The position numbers and the translations under genes are program-made. From contig CAZFHY010000014.1 of assembly GCA_964519305.1 (NCBI GenBank), forward strand, positions 47,448-111,447: a DNA stretch of 64,000 nucleotides, read 5' to 3'. Positions within the stretch are counted from its first letter, which is position 1. The number at the start of each line of letters is the position of its first letter. The stretch is from Candidatus Undinarchaeota archaeon (GTDB lineage: Archaea; SpSt-1190; JASMDC01). This document shows, one piece after another, positions 20,016-30,031 of this stretch. Below the pieces are notes generated by a model that saw only the letters and a program-made list of their open reading frames with translations, was not told the origin of the DNA and did no database searches.

Positions 20016-20109
20016 CGTACCCTACGCACTTGGGATGCTTTAAATCCTTGAGGCCGGGCGCGTGCAGCGAACGTCACACATAAAAAAACGAGGAGGCTCG
20101 AAGTAAACA

Positions 20110-21189
20110 ATGGATATCCAGACCTACTTCGATGATATGATCGCACGGGCCCTGGCGGTTAATTCGCCGCAGGCCTTGTTCACTGCCACGTTCGCGTTCA
20201 TTGCCACGATCGTCATCCTGATGATCGTCAAGAGCACCATATGGCGTAAGTTGCAGGACCTCATCGCTGCCAAGGAGGAGACCCTCGACGGGGTTCTCTA
20301 CTGGCTGATCGGCTCACTGAGCTACTCCTCATATGTGTTCATCGGCCTGTGCGTGGCCGTCCAGTTCCTCGTCCTCCCGGTCTGGGTGACGAAGATCATC
20401 TATGCCGTCACCATGGTCATCGTATCAGTCTACGCTGTCGTCGGTATACAGAAGGGCGTTGACTCCATCATCGAACGTGTAGCTGAGAAGAAGAAGGAGG
20501 AAGGCGAGAGGGTCGACTCTTCGCTGATCGATCTCACGGGCAAGTTCCAGAAGGTCGTCCTCTGGTGCCTGGCCACGGTGCTCATCCTGTCCAACCTCGG
20601 GTACGATGTCACGGCCCTGGTGGCCACCCTTGGTATCGGCGGCATGGCGCTGGCCTTCGGTCTCCAGCGGGTAATCGAGGACATATTCTCGTCCTTTTCG
20701 ATCTATCTGGACGAGCCTTTCGAAAAGGGTGACTTCATCGAGGTGGGCAGCGACGGCGGCACCGTCAAGCACATCGGGATAAAGTCCACCCGTATCCAGA
20801 CGCTGCCCGGTACGGAGCTCGTCATCCCGAACCGCGACATCACCGGCAAGCGCATCAACAACTACAAGGTGCGGGAGAAGCGACGTGTTGTGTTCGATTT
20901 CGGTATCAAGTACGAGACGCCCACGGCGAAGGTGAAGCGCGTCCCGAAGATCGTGACGGATCTCATCGAAGAGATGGAGCACGCTGAGGTCAGTCGTGTC
21001 CACCTGAAGGAGTTCGGGGACTACGCACTCAACTTCGGCGTCGTCTACCTGGTCGATACGACGGACTACACCGTCTACATCAACGTCCAGCAGGACCTCC
21101 TCCTCAAGATCAAGGAGGCGCTGGAAAAGGAAGGTATCCAGTTCGCCTACCCGACGCAGACGCACTTCGTGGTGAACGCTGCGAAGTGA
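20110..21189 (+). CDS. mscS: Small-conductance mechanosensitive channel
   Basis: LGIGGMALAFGLQ, PFEKGDFI, IGIKSTRI, IPN, FAYPT. Confidence 0.95.
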   Translation: MDIQTYFDDMIARALAVNSPQALFTATFAFIATIVILMIVKSTIWRKLQDLIAAKEETLDGVLYWLIGSLSYSSYVFIGLCVAVQFLVLPVWVTKIIYAVTMVIVSVYAVVGIQKGVDSIIERVAEKKKEEGERVDSSLIDLTGKFQKVVLWCLATVLILSNLGYDVTALVATLGIGGMALAFGLQRVIEDIFSSFSIYLDEPFEKGDFIEVGSDGGTVKHIGIKSTRIQTLPGTELVIPNRDITGKRINNYKVREKRRVVFDFGIKYETPTAKVKRVPKIVTDLIEEMEHAEVSRVHLKEFGDYALNFGVVYLVDTTDYTVYINVQQDLLLKIKEALEKEGIQFAYPTQTHFVVNAAK

Positions 21190-21204
21190 GTGGGTGGATC
21201 CGGA

Positions 21205-21537
21205 CTAGAACCCGAAGCCCAGGCCCAGTTCGCCATCGGAGTCGATGACGAGGCCGGGTGACACCTCTATGCCCATCTTACCGCCGTAGGTCATCCCAAC
21301 GCCGGGACCGTCCCAGCCGTCGTCACCCTCAACGGGTGCACTGTTGTTGGTAGCGGGCGCCTGGTACTCACCGGGCTCGGCCGTGGCCGCGAAGTAGATG
21401 GCCGCACCGATACCTGCGACAGCAAGACCGCCGATTCCGATCATAGCATATTCCATGCCATCAAGGTCGTTGGTTGTAGAGTAGCCTGCTGCAGCGTCAG
21501 AATGAGCGTATTCGATTGTGTCGAGCTCGATGTCCAT
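21205..21537 (-). CDS. 110-aa single-TM protein with Gly-rich GLGFGF C-terminus (paralog 1)
   Basis: Clear homology to the adjacent gene. Confidence 0.8.
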   Translation of the reverse strand: MDIELDTIEYAHSDAAAGYSTTNDLDGMEYAMIGIGGLAVAGIGAAIYFAATAEPGEYQAPATNNSAPVEGDDGWDGPGVGMTYGGKMGIEVSPGLVIDSDGELGLGFGF

Positions 21538-21639
21538 GATCGTCCTTCCAGTGTTCCGCTGCCAGCAAGGCCGTTAATATACTTTTCTACGACCTTGTAC
21601 GAAAAGAGGTCCCCCGTCCCGGACCACTTTCTCCTTTGT

Positions 21640-21972
21640 CTAGAACCCGAAGCCCAGCCCCAGCTCACCGTCGAACGTGTAGACGACGCCGGGTGCGATC
21701 TCGAGGCCTAGGTCACCACCATAGCTCATGCCAAGACCGATACCGTCCGAGCCGCTGTCCTGATATCCGGCGCCGGTATCGTTCGTGACAGGTGCCTGGT
21801 ACTCGCCGGGCTCGGCCGTGGCCGCACAGTAGATCGCAGCACCGATACCGGCCGTCGCCAACGCCCCTACGCCTATCATCGCCCAGTCTGCACCGTCCAG
21901 GTCGTCAGCGGTAGAATAGCCGGAGGTCGCCTCGGCATGAGCATACTCGATGGTGTCAAGTTCCATGTCCAT
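21640..21972 (-). CDS. 110-aa single-TM protein with Gly-rich GLGFGF C-terminus (paralog 2)
   Basis: ATG 21972 gives MDMELDTIEYAH and the same length as paralog 1. Confidence 0.8.
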   Translation of the reverse strand: MDMELDTIEYAHAEATSGYSTADDLDGADWAMIGVGALATAGIGAAIYCAATAEPGEYQAPVTNDTGAGYQDSGSDGIGLGMSYGGDLGLEIAPGVVYTFDGELGLGFGF

Positions 21973-22154
21973 TATCATCACAGAGGGGGCAGGCACCCTA
22001 GTAATCTTAAATAACTTGCGCTTTTCGCCGACAAGTGGTAATATTGCTTCGTTATTCGTAGTTCCTTCGCCAGTATACATAAATATTCGTTGTTTTAAGT
22101 CGAAACATAGAGCTAGGACAAGAAGGATCGATACGTGTACCGGATGAAACGGGA

Positions 22155-22679
22155 CTACTCGTCCGGATGCAGCTCTCTGAGCTTGTCGAGGAAGGCCTTC
22201 ATGAAAGAAGGAAGGTCCTCGGCGAACCGGGATGTGACCAGATTACCGTCCACGACGACGTCCTTGTCGACGATCTTGACGCCTGCTTCCTCCAGTTCGT
22301 TGGTGATGGCAAGGAAGCAGGTCATGGTCTTGCCCGAGAGGTCGAAGGCCTCCTTGAGCACGAGACCGCCGTGGCAGATCGCGCCGATGAGCTTGCCCTT
22401 GGCGCACATGTCACGGACGAATGCGACGGTCTCGGGATCCCTGCGCAGCTGGTCGGGCGAGTACCCGCCGGGGATGATAAGCGCGTCATAGTCGTCCGCT
22501 TTGACATCGCTTGCACCGAACCCGCTGACCACGGGGTACCCGTGCTTTCCCTCGTAGGAAGTACCCTTCTTCGGACCTATGATGTCGACGTCGTAGCCCT
22601 CTTCTCGAAGACGGAACTTCGGATAGTGGAGCTCTAGCTCGTCGTAGAGGTCTTCGGCGAGGATGGCGATACGGACCAT
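22155..22679 (-). CDS. pfpI: PfpI/DJ-1 family protease/deglycase
   Basis: YDELELHYP, IPGGYSPDQLR, AICHG, VVVDGNLVTSR. Confidence 0.92.
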   Translation of the reverse strand: MVRIAILAEDLYDELELHYPKFRLREEGYDVDIIGPKKGTSYEGKHGYPVVSGFGASDVKADDYDALIIPGGYSPDQLRRDPETVAFVRDMCAKGKLIGAICHGGLVLKEAFDLSGKTMTCFLAITNELEEAGVKIVDKDVVVDGNLVTSRFAEDLPSFMKAFLDKLRELHPDE

Positions 22680-22728
22680 GATGCGTTCCCTAGCGGGGGT
22701 GACCCATTAAATAACTACCGTCGAGGGG

Positions 22729-23340
22729 CTATAGCCAGTCCACCACGTCAGCGATCGGACGACGTGGACGTGGCTTGGGTGCTCGGGCCGGATGGCCTAG
22801 CGTTATGATGCCGGCCACCTCCCAGTTGTCCTCCGGTCGGCCCACCTCCTGCCTGATCCGCTGCTCGACCGTCGCATCGCCCGTGGCCACCATAGTCCAG
22901 CAGGCGCCAAGGCCTAGACCGTGGGCCGCAAGACAGATGTTCTCGATGGCCGCACTCGCGGAGTGGACCGCGTATCCCTCACTTGTGTCCGCAAGGACCA
23001 CGATGACGGCCGGGGCCCTACCGATGAAGCTGAAGAACCTACCGGTGGCCATGTCCTCCACCAGCGCCTTGCGCTTCTCCTCGGGCAATCCTGCAAAGCG
23101 CTCCTCGAGGACGTCCCGATGGGGCGAGAAGAGTGCCTTTGCGCCCATCTGTGAGTGTCGTCCGATGCGCTTGATGGTCTCTTTGTCCTGGACCACCACG
23201 AACCGCCAGGGCTGCTGGTTCTCGGCATTGGGAGCACGTACACCGGCCTCGACGATCTTGATGAGGGCGTCCCTGTCCACGGGATCGTCGGTGTACCTGC
23301 GGATGCTGGCCCGGCTGGTGATCGCATCGAAGAGGTCCAT
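22729..23340 (-). CDS. Nitroreductase family flavoprotein
   Basis: RASIRRY, APNAENQQPWRF, AIENICLAAHGLGLGACW, LGHP. Confidence 0.93.
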   Translation of the reverse strand: MDLFDAITSRASIRRYTDDPVDRDALIKIVEAGVRAPNAENQQPWRFVVVQDKETIKRIGRHSQMGAKALFSPHRDVLEERFAGLPEEKRKALVEDMATGRFFSFIGRAPAVIVVLADTSEGYAVHSASAAIENICLAAHGLGLGACWTMVATGDATVEQRIRQEVGRPEDNWEVAGIITLGHPARAPKPRPRRPIADVVDWL

Positions 23341-23366
23341 TGCGTTCCGGAGAGGGGCAAGCTTCT

Positions 23367-25715
23367 TTAATCGTTCGCCTCGGCGTCCTTCTTCGCCATC
23401 GCTACCTTCTCGGCAGTAACGGGCATGGACGTGATGCGTACCCCCAGCGCGTCCTCGATCGCATTGGCCACGAGCGGTGCGGCCGGGATCATGGGATGCT
23501 CGCCTACGCCACGGGCGCCGAACGGCCCGTCCGGTTGGGCGACCTCCACGATTATCGGGACGGTCTCGTCGGGGATGTCCATGGCGGTGGGGATCTTGTA
23601 GTCGGTGAAGTTCGGATTGAGGATCCGCCCGTTCTCATCGAACCGCATGTCCTCGTAGAGCACCGTTGCGAGTCCCTGGACGATACCTCCGACGATCTGG
23701 CCTTTGACCAGATCGGGATTTATCGCGCGCCCCACATCGATGGCCTCGGCCACCTTCTTCACTTTCATACGACCTGTCTCGCGATCGACCTCGAGCACGA
23801 TGCCGGCAGCACCCACGGTGTAATGGACGTTGGGTTTCCCTCCCTGGCTGGTCTTCGGGTCTGAGAGCGCCGAGGAGAACTCGGGCATGAACATGCCGCG
23901 CCCCATGATGGGCCCGCCCATGAACGTGCCGTCCTTGTTCATGATGCCTTCGATGACGAAGTCCTTCAACGGGAGCTCGAAGTCGGGGTTCGATGTGGAC
24001 CGGACCGCCTCGTCCTCAAGGTAGAGCGTCTTTACCTGATAGTCATGGGCCCGTGCGACGAGCTCGAATATCTGCTTACGCGCATCCTCGGCCGCCAGCT
24101 TTACGGCATTACCGCACGACCAGGTGACGTGTGAAGCCACTGTCTGCCACTCGTAAGGGTTGCGGTCCGTATCGGGGGTCTCCACCCTGATCTTCGAGGG
24201 GGGCACGGCCAGTACTTCAGCGGCTATCTGGGCCATGGCCGTCATGAACCCCTGACCGATCTCCATACCGGAGACCAATACGTTGATGCTCGCGTCCTCA
24301 TTGAACTTGAGGTATGCTCCCGAAGACGCGTTGGGCGGCATGGCCGGCGCCTTCCAGAAACAGGCCACGCCCTTACCGATGGCTTTCGCCGGATCATCGC
24401 TGTCCTCCTTCACGCCCCAGTCGATGGCTTCTTCCACCCGATTGATGCACTGGTGCAGGCCGGACGGGTTCATGGCCGCACCATAGGCGAGCGTGTCCCC
24501 TTCCTTGATGGCGTTCTTGCGTCGGAACGCCACAGGGTCCATCCCGAGCTTGCGGGCGATGCGTGTCATGTGCGACTCGAGCCCGAAGGTGAACTCCGAG
24601 TATCCGAAGCCACGGTAAGCACCCGAGGGCGGGAGGTTCGTGTAGCAGCAGACCGAGTCGATCCACACATTGTCGATACGGTACGGGCCGGTGGCCGAGA
24701 GGCCTACAGCGTTCACGATGTTGGCGCCGTACTCCACGTACGCACCCGCATCCCAGTTGAGTACGTGCTTGAGCGCGGTGATCCTGCCGTCCTTCTTGAC
24801 GCCCACCTTCAAGCGTGCGACGACCGACTGGCGCTGGTAGGTGTTGTAGAACTCCTGCTCCCTGCTCCAGTTGATCTTCACCGGGTGACCGGGCACCATG
24901 ACCGCAAGAGCGGCCGCGAATATCTCCATGGTCACTCCGGCCTTGCCGCCGAATCCTCCGCCCACGAACGGTGCGATTACGCGCACGTCCTTGTGGCTGA
25001 TGCCCAGGGGCGCGAGAGCCTCGGCGAACCCATGGCGCTGGGTGAACGGTGACTGCGAAGATGCCCACACGGTAAGACGCCCGGCATGGTCGAAGCGCGC
25101 CGTCGCCCCGTGGTACTCGATCGCGCAGTGCACGTACCTCGGCACGCGGTAGGTGTCCTCGAACACAAGGTCCGCCTCATCGAAGCCCTTCTCGATATCG
25201 CCCTTGCGCGTTTTACGCCAGTGGGCGATGTTCGTGTCCGCCTCTGGGAAGAACCAGGGTACGTGCGGGTAGTCGCCCAGGTCGGGATGGACCAGCACGC
25301 AGCCGTCTGCGAGCGCCTCGTCCGGATCGAACACGGGTTTCAGTGGTTCGTACTCGACCTTCACGAGAGCTGCTGCTCTTTTTGCGGTCCTCACGTCACG
25401 GGCGATGACGGCGGCGACCTGCTCGCCGACGAACCGTACCTTGTCAGTGGGGAAGATGAACCGGTCCTTCATGTAGAGGCCGTACTTGTAAGGGAGGTCC
25501 TTACCGGTGACGATCTTCACGACGCCGGGCACCTTCTGTGCCTCGGACGTGTCGATGGATAGGATGCGTGCATGGGCGTGAGGGCTCTCCACGAGCACGG
25601 CGTGGAGTAGGTCTGGACCGAACTGCAGGTCGTCGATGTACCTGGCAGCGCCAGTGACCTTCTCAAGACCGTCCACGCGGGTCACGGGCGTTCCAACGAA
25701 CCGCTCGCCCGCCAT
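23367..25715 (-). CDS. Xanthine dehydrogenase family molybdopterin-binding large subunit
   Basis: RVDGLEKVTG, GGGFGGK, AYRGFG, EIGQG, GQIVGG, GARGVGE (catalytic Glu). Confidence 0.95.
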   Translation of the reverse strand: MAGERFVGTPVTRVDGLEKVTGAARYIDDLQFGPDLLHAVLVESPHAHARILSIDTSEAQKVPGVVKIVTGKDLPYKYGLYMKDRFIFPTDKVRFVGEQVAAVIARDVRTAKRAAALVKVEYEPLKPVFDPDEALADGCVLVHPDLGDYPHVPWFFPEADTNIAHWRKTRKGDIEKGFDEADLVFEDTYRVPRYVHCAIEYHGATARFDHAGRLTVWASSQSPFTQRHGFAEALAPLGISHKDVRVIAPFVGGGFGGKAGVTMEIFAAALAVMVPGHPVKINWSREQEFYNTYQRQSVVARLKVGVKKDGRITALKHVLNWDAGAYVEYGANIVNAVGLSATGPYRIDNVWIDSVCCYTNLPPSGAYRGFGYSEFTFGLESHMTRIARKLGMDPVAFRRKNAIKEGDTLAYGAAMNPSGLHQCINRVEEAIDWGVKEDSDDPAKAIGKGVACFWKAPAMPPNASSGAYLKFNEDASINVLVSGMEIGQGFMTAMAQIAAEVLAVPPSKIRVETPDTDRNPYEWQTVASHVTWSCGNAVKLAAEDARKQIFELVARAHDYQVKTLYLEDEAVRSTSNPDFELPLKDFVIEGIMNKDGTFMGGPIMGRGMFMPEFSSALSDPKTSQGGKPNVHYTVGAAGIVLEVDRETGRMKVKKVAEAIDVGRAINPDLVKGQIVGGIVQGLATVLYEDMRFDENGRILNPNFTDYKIPTAMDIPDETVPIIVEVAQPDGPFGARGVGEHPMIPAAPLVANAIEDALGVRITSMPVTAEKVAMAKKDAEAND

Positions 25716-26179
25716 TACCGCTCACCTCCGATGGTCTCGAGCACAGCATCGATGATCGGTGCGTACCCTGTGCAGCGACAGAGGTTGCCCGTCAGGGCCT
25801 CCTGTACGTCCTCCCTCGAGGGGTTCGGGTTCCGTGCCAGGAGGTCGGTGACCGTGAGGACGATGCCGGGTGCGCAGAAGCCGCACTGGAACGCGTTGCG
25901 GTCAAGGAACGCCTGCTGGAGGGGTGTGAGGCCGTCCCGGTTGATGCCTTCGAGGGTCGTGACCTCATGACCTGCCACCTCCACGGCGAGCACCAGGCAG
26001 CTGCGGACGCTCCTGCCGTCCAGGAGCACTGTACACGCGCCGCAGTCACCACGGTCGCACCCGCACTTGGGGCTGGTGATGCCCATGCGGTCGCGCAGCA
26101 CTTCGAGCAATGTCTCGTTGGGCTCGACCGGGACCCGGCGTTCCTCGCCGTTCACAGTGATCGTCAGTTCCTGCACCAT
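25715..26179 (-). CDS. Xanthine dehydrogenase family 2Fe-2S small subunit
   Basis: GCDRGDCGACTV, FQCGFC, NLCRCTGY. Confidence 0.95.
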   Translation of the reverse strand: MVQELTITVNGEERRVPVEPNETLLEVLRDRMGITSPKCGCDRGDCGACTVLLDGRSVRSCLVLAVEVAGHEVTTLEGINRDGLTPLQQAFLDRNAFQCGFCAPGIVLTVTDLLARNPNPSREDVQEALTGNLCRCTGYAPIIDAVLETIGGER

Positions 26180-27067
26180 TCAGACCACCCGCTCCCCGTA
26201 CTTGGGTCCCTCGCCTGCCCGACGGCGCACCGCCGTCCGCAGCGCCCGGGTGAGCAGAATCCCTGCCATGTGAGCGCGGTACTCCTTGGATGCCCTGATA
26301 TCGGTTATGGGGGAGATAGCATCGGGCACCAGAGCCACGGCCTCTTCGATGATGTCGGTATCCAGTGATCGGCCGTCGAGGGCAGCCTCGATGTCGCGTG
26401 CCCTGGTGGCTAAGGGGCCTACAGCACAGAACGCCACGCGGTACCGGTCACCATCGAGAGCGAGCGCTGCCGCTCCCACCTGTGCCAGGTCCTCGCCCGC
26501 GTAACGGCCCGCTCGCGCGTAGCATCCGCCATGGGCGTCCTTTGGTAAAGGCACCGTGATGCCTGTGACGAGCTCTCCCGCACCAAGGGCCGTCCGCTTG
26601 GGGCCCGTGAACCATTCAGTGATGGGGATCCTGCGTTGCCCGTCAGGACCGCGCACGAGCACTTCCGCTTCGTGGACGAGGAGGGCCGGCCCGCTGTCGA
26701 GCGACGGCACGGCCGAGCAGATGTTCCCGACAAGTGTCGCACGGTTGCGTACGCCCATGGATGCTACGGTCGTGGCAGCCTCCCAGAGCAGCGGGAGCTT
26801 CTCACGCACGAGCTCGGACTCGATGATGTCCGTGAAGGTCACGAGCGCACCGATCAGGAGCGCCTCATCGGATGCCTCGAGCCGTTCCAGTTCCTTGATA
26901 CCCTTGAGGTCGACGACCGCTCCGGGTTCGTCCGCACCGTCCTTGAGGCGGACCACCAGATCGGTACCGCCAGCCAATGGCCGTGCGCTCTCGCCGTAGC
27001 GCTCCATGAGCATGAGCGCCTCGTCGAGGGAGGTAGGTCTATGATACTCGAACCCGGCAGTGATCAT
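26180..27067 (-). CDS. Xanthine dehydrogenase family FAD-binding medium subunit
   Basis: FEYHRP, AGGTDL, RNRATLVGN, DIRASKEYR. Confidence 0.95.
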   Translation of the reverse strand: MITAGFEYHRPTSLDEALMLMERYGESARPLAGGTDLVVRLKDGADEPGAVVDLKGIKELERLEASDEALLIGALVTFTDIIESELVREKLPLLWEAATTVASMGVRNRATLVGNICSAVPSLDSGPALLVHEAEVLVRGPDGQRRIPITEWFTGPKRTALGAGELVTGITVPLPKDAHGGCYARAGRYAGEDLAQVGAAALALDGDRYRVAFCAVGPLATRARDIEAALDGRSLDTDIIEEAVALVPDAISPITDIRASKEYRAHMAGILLTRALRTAVRRRAGEGPKYGERVV

Positions 27068-27078
27068 CGTAACGACAC

Positions 27079-27900
27079 CTATTCCTCAGGGGCTCCGAAG
27101 GCGACCATGCGGCAGAGCGAGCTCTCGAGCTCCATACCCTTGAGCGGCATGCAACCGATCCAGCAGCGCTTGTTGGACAGCTTCTCGATGTCGCCGCCCA
27201 TGTTCTCCGCGTGGACGAGCTTCTCCGGGAAGAGCTTCAGGTGCATGACCTGGTAGTACACTTCTGGAGGGAACATCTCGTCCCATTCCTTCCCGTAGTT
27301 CTTCTTGAGCTTTGCCTCGGCTTCCTTGAAGAGCTTGGGATGCCAGTCGCGGATGATCGTGTTCATAGGGTGATCGGCGGACCCGCAGTCCACACCGATC
27401 CACTTGAGCTTCATCTTGAGCGCCCACTTGTGGAACTCCGGTCCGGGGCCGGGATGCTTGACGAAGTAGCGCACCTCGTCGCTCTCCGGCTCGTACCATG
27501 CGTACCGGTGGTAACCGGTGTTGATGATGAGGATATCACCCTCGCGGATGTCAGCGCGCTCGGTGAGCATCTCGGGCGAGTAGAGGTCGTAGTCCCCCAC
27601 TTCCCCGGATATATCGACCACGACGCCGGGGCCCACCCACTCCTCCAGCGGGACCTGACCGATGGTCCGGCCGCTACCGTGGAAGTGGATCTCCCCGTCC
27701 ATGTGGGTGCCCACGTGGTTGGAAGTCTTGATTATCTGGCCGTTGGCGCCCTGACCCATATGGGCTCCAGCGATGCGTTTGAAGTACTGCACCTGCAGCG
27801 GCATGTAACTGGGCCACGGTGGCGTGTGCACGCTCAGCGGCTGGGTAAGGTCGTACATCTTCACTTTGCTCATGAACTCAAGGAACTCGTTCGCGTCCAT
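27079..27900 (-). CDS. Cyclase family metal-dependent amidohydrolase (kynurenine formamidase/isatin hydrolase-like)
   Basis: DLTQP, HVGTHMD, GVDCGSADH, HAEN. Confidence 0.9.
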   Translation of the reverse strand: MDANEFLEFMSKVKMYDLTQPLSVHTPPWPSYMPLQVQYFKRIAGAHMGQGANGQIIKTSNHVGTHMDGEIHFHGSGRTIGQVPLEEWVGPGVVVDISGEVGDYDLYSPEMLTERADIREGDILIINTGYHRYAWYEPESDEVRYFVKHPGPGPEFHKWALKMKLKWIGVDCGSADHPMNTIIRDWHPKLFKEAEAKLKKNYGKEWDEMFPPEVYYQVMHLKLFPEKLVHAENMGGDIEKLSNKRCWIGCMPLKGMELESSLCRMVAFGAPEE

Positions 27901-28008
27901 CGTTTTTCACCCCGTTCCATCACCCTCTCGGGCGGGTGATGAGGACGACCTGACCAATCATTAAAAGGGCTTCGGTCGGTGGTCGACGGGACTGCGGGGG
28001 AAAGGTTG

Positions 28009-28674
28009 ATGAACCTTCCTCCTCGTGTGAAGCCTGTGATAATCCCTCCCGAGGAGCGCTCGTCCCAACCGCTCGAGGGGCCGGCTGTGCTCACGCATCC
28101 CGACATGGAGCGGGCCTGGCGACATATCGTCGAGGAGTACGAAGCCCCCCGGCGCGAGTACTGCATCCTCCTCACCTGCTCCATGCGCAGACCATATCAC
28201 GTGAGCCCCTCGCATCGTATCTACGACCAGATAATCTTCTCCGTGCTCCCCCGCGAGAAGGTCCATCTCGTCGTGTTCGGGACCTGTGGTGTGGTGCCCC
28301 GGGAACTGGACGGCGAGTACCCGTTCACTGACTACCGCTTCATGCTGGGAAAATCCGATCCATCCGTAAAGCGCGCCTTCGTCCCCCATGAGGCGATGCG
28401 GCTCGCCGCTTACCTCGAGCGCAATCGGGACCATTACGAACACGTCGTCGCTTATGCTATCGGGGTCTTCCGTGAGGCCGTCATGCTCGCAGGCGAGATG
28501 ACGGGGATACCGATCAAGGTGCTTCCCCACGACGACACGATAACCGCGCTCACGGACCCGTCGCGTCGTTTCCCCGCAGGCAGTCTCATGGCACAAGAAT
28601 ACCTGCAGGACCTGTCGGACGCTCTTGCTGACATAGAAGGGGTGCCTCGTAAAGAAGCGGTCTTTACACGCTGA
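28009..28674 (+). CDS. DUF5591-type protein related to the archaeosine tRNA modification enzyme domain
   Basis: CSMRRPYHVSPSH, GVVPREL..EYPF..Y. Confidence 0.7.
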   Translation: MNLPPRVKPVIIPPEERSSQPLEGPAVLTHPDMERAWRHIVEEYEAPRREYCILLTCSMRRPYHVSPSHRIYDQIIFSVLPREKVHLVVFGTCGVVPRELDGEYPFTDYRFMLGKSDPSVKRAFVPHEAMRLAAYLERNRDHYEHVVAYAIGVFREAVMLAGEMTGIPIKVLPHDDTITALTDPSRRFPAGSLMAQEYLQDLSDALADIEGVPRKEAVFTR

Positions 28675-28675
28675 C

Positions 28676-29758
28676 CTAGTGGATGGGCAGTAACGTCGCG
28701 ACGCCCGCGATGAGGACGGCCTTCTCGACATCGTACTTGAAGCGCTCGTTCACGGCCTCCGTGTAGAGGTCCGGTTCGTAGTCGCCCTTGACCTTCTGCC
28801 AGAGGCGGCGCCCGCCGGCACCTACCATGTCATGGATGTGCACGTGCTTGAGGTCGTCGATGTCCAAGCGTCCCTCACGGTACTCCTCGAGGAAGTCGTT
28901 ACCGCTCTTGTGCTCGTACTTGAGCGCCTTGAGGGCGACATCGTTGAATTCCGTTGGGATCGTTCCGAGGTACTTACCCGCTGCCCGAATGTCGTCGGTC
29001 GTGCTAACTGCCCTGAGCGTAGAAGTGGCACCGACCTTCCGTTCGTCGCCGGTCCGTATCGAGTATATCTCGTCCATGAAACGGACGGTCATGATGGTGG
29101 CCATCTCCTTCGAGAGCTTGGGAGAGATCGTGACCTTGTATGCGGAACCGTCAGGGCTGATCCCGAGCGAACCGAACTCGTTCCAGCCAAGTCTGTCGCT
29201 GCTGAACTCTACATCAACGTTGTCCAGGAGCTCAAGGCCCTGGTCATCCCAGTAATCCGAGCTGTTCATACGTTCCATAGCGCTCCTGTACACGTCAGCA
29301 GCGTCATCCTCGCCAAGGTCCTTGTGATGGAACTTACCCTCGCGATTGTAAAGGTCGATGTTGTGCTCGGTGAAGGGGATGGGGATGTATCCGCCTACGA
29401 GTATGTCGGTACCAAGGAGCCGTGCCAGCCGGCTCCCAGCACCCTTCCGCTCCTGGGGCTTGAGGGATTTGAGGTCCACATCACTGACATAGCAGCCTAT
29501 CGTGTCCGAGTTGTGCCCGTCGAACCCGTCCAGCTCGTTCTCACCGACATGCTCGATGAAGTATGTGGTCCCGATCTGAGCTGCGACCTTGGCGCTGTAG
29601 TGGTACACCGCATCCATGGCGGAGGCCCCGACCTTGGGTATCTCGTGACAAAGGTTGGCCGTGGCGTACCCGGCAGCGAGGCCTACACCAGCGGCGACCC
29701 CGTCCGAGATGTACTCACGGTTGGGGATGCGCTCTGATGAAACGGTCAGGTACTCCAT
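28676..29758 (-). CDS. Hypothetical protein with N-terminal hydrophobic segment
   Basis: Long ORF with host-like codon use; TTTATAA about 25 nt upstream. Confidence 0.7.
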   Translation of the reverse strand: MEYLTVSSERIPNREYISDGVAAGVGLAAGYATANLCHEIPKVGASAMDAVYHYSAKVAAQIGTTYFIEHVGENELDGFDGHNSDTIGCYVSDVDLKSLKPQERKGAGSRLARLLGTDILVGGYIPIPFTEHNIDLYNREGKFHHKDLGEDDAADVYRSAMERMNSSDYWDDQGLELLDNVDVEFSSDRLGWNEFGSLGISPDGSAYKVTISPKLSKEMATIMTVRFMDEIYSIRTGDERKVGATSTLRAVSTTDDIRAAGKYLGTIPTEFNDVALKALKYEHKSGNDFLEEYREGRLDIDDLKHVHIHDMVGAGGRRLWQKVKGDYEPDLYTEAVNERFKYDVEKAVLIAGVATLLPIH

Positions 29759-29833
29759 CCAGTGGCGTTCGGCCAGAGTGACGGATTATAAATGTTACCT
29801 GGGGGTAGTAACAGTAGCAGGAGTGGGACGAGA

Positions 29834-30001
29834 TTAGAACCGCTCGGCATAGTACGAGTGCTGGTCGCTGACGCTGGCGTTCCAGATCTTGTACATCACG
29901 AGGAGGAAGAAGGGCAGACCGCCGATCACGAAGCCCTTGAAGATGTTACTACCTTCGATGCCGCGCCAGACGATATCATCCGGCACTTCGTGATACGTCA
30001 T
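29834..30001 (-). CDS. 55-aa single-TM microprotein (not in ORF track)
   Basis: MTYHEVPDDIVWRGIEGSNIFKGFVIGGLPFFLLVMYKIWNASVSDQHSYYAERF; strong GC3 bias. Confidence 0.6.
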   Translation of the reverse strand: MTYHEVPDDIVWRGIEGSNIFKGFVIGGLPFFLLVMYKIWNASVSDQHSYYAERF

Positions 30002-30031
30002 GGTGAGATTTGATTACGGACTTATTCTTTT

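Noticed and set aside
23367-27067. Aerobic CO dehydrogenase (coxMSL)
   Set aside because: The active-site loop is AYRGFG, not the form I AYxCSFR signature, and there are no cox accessory genes.
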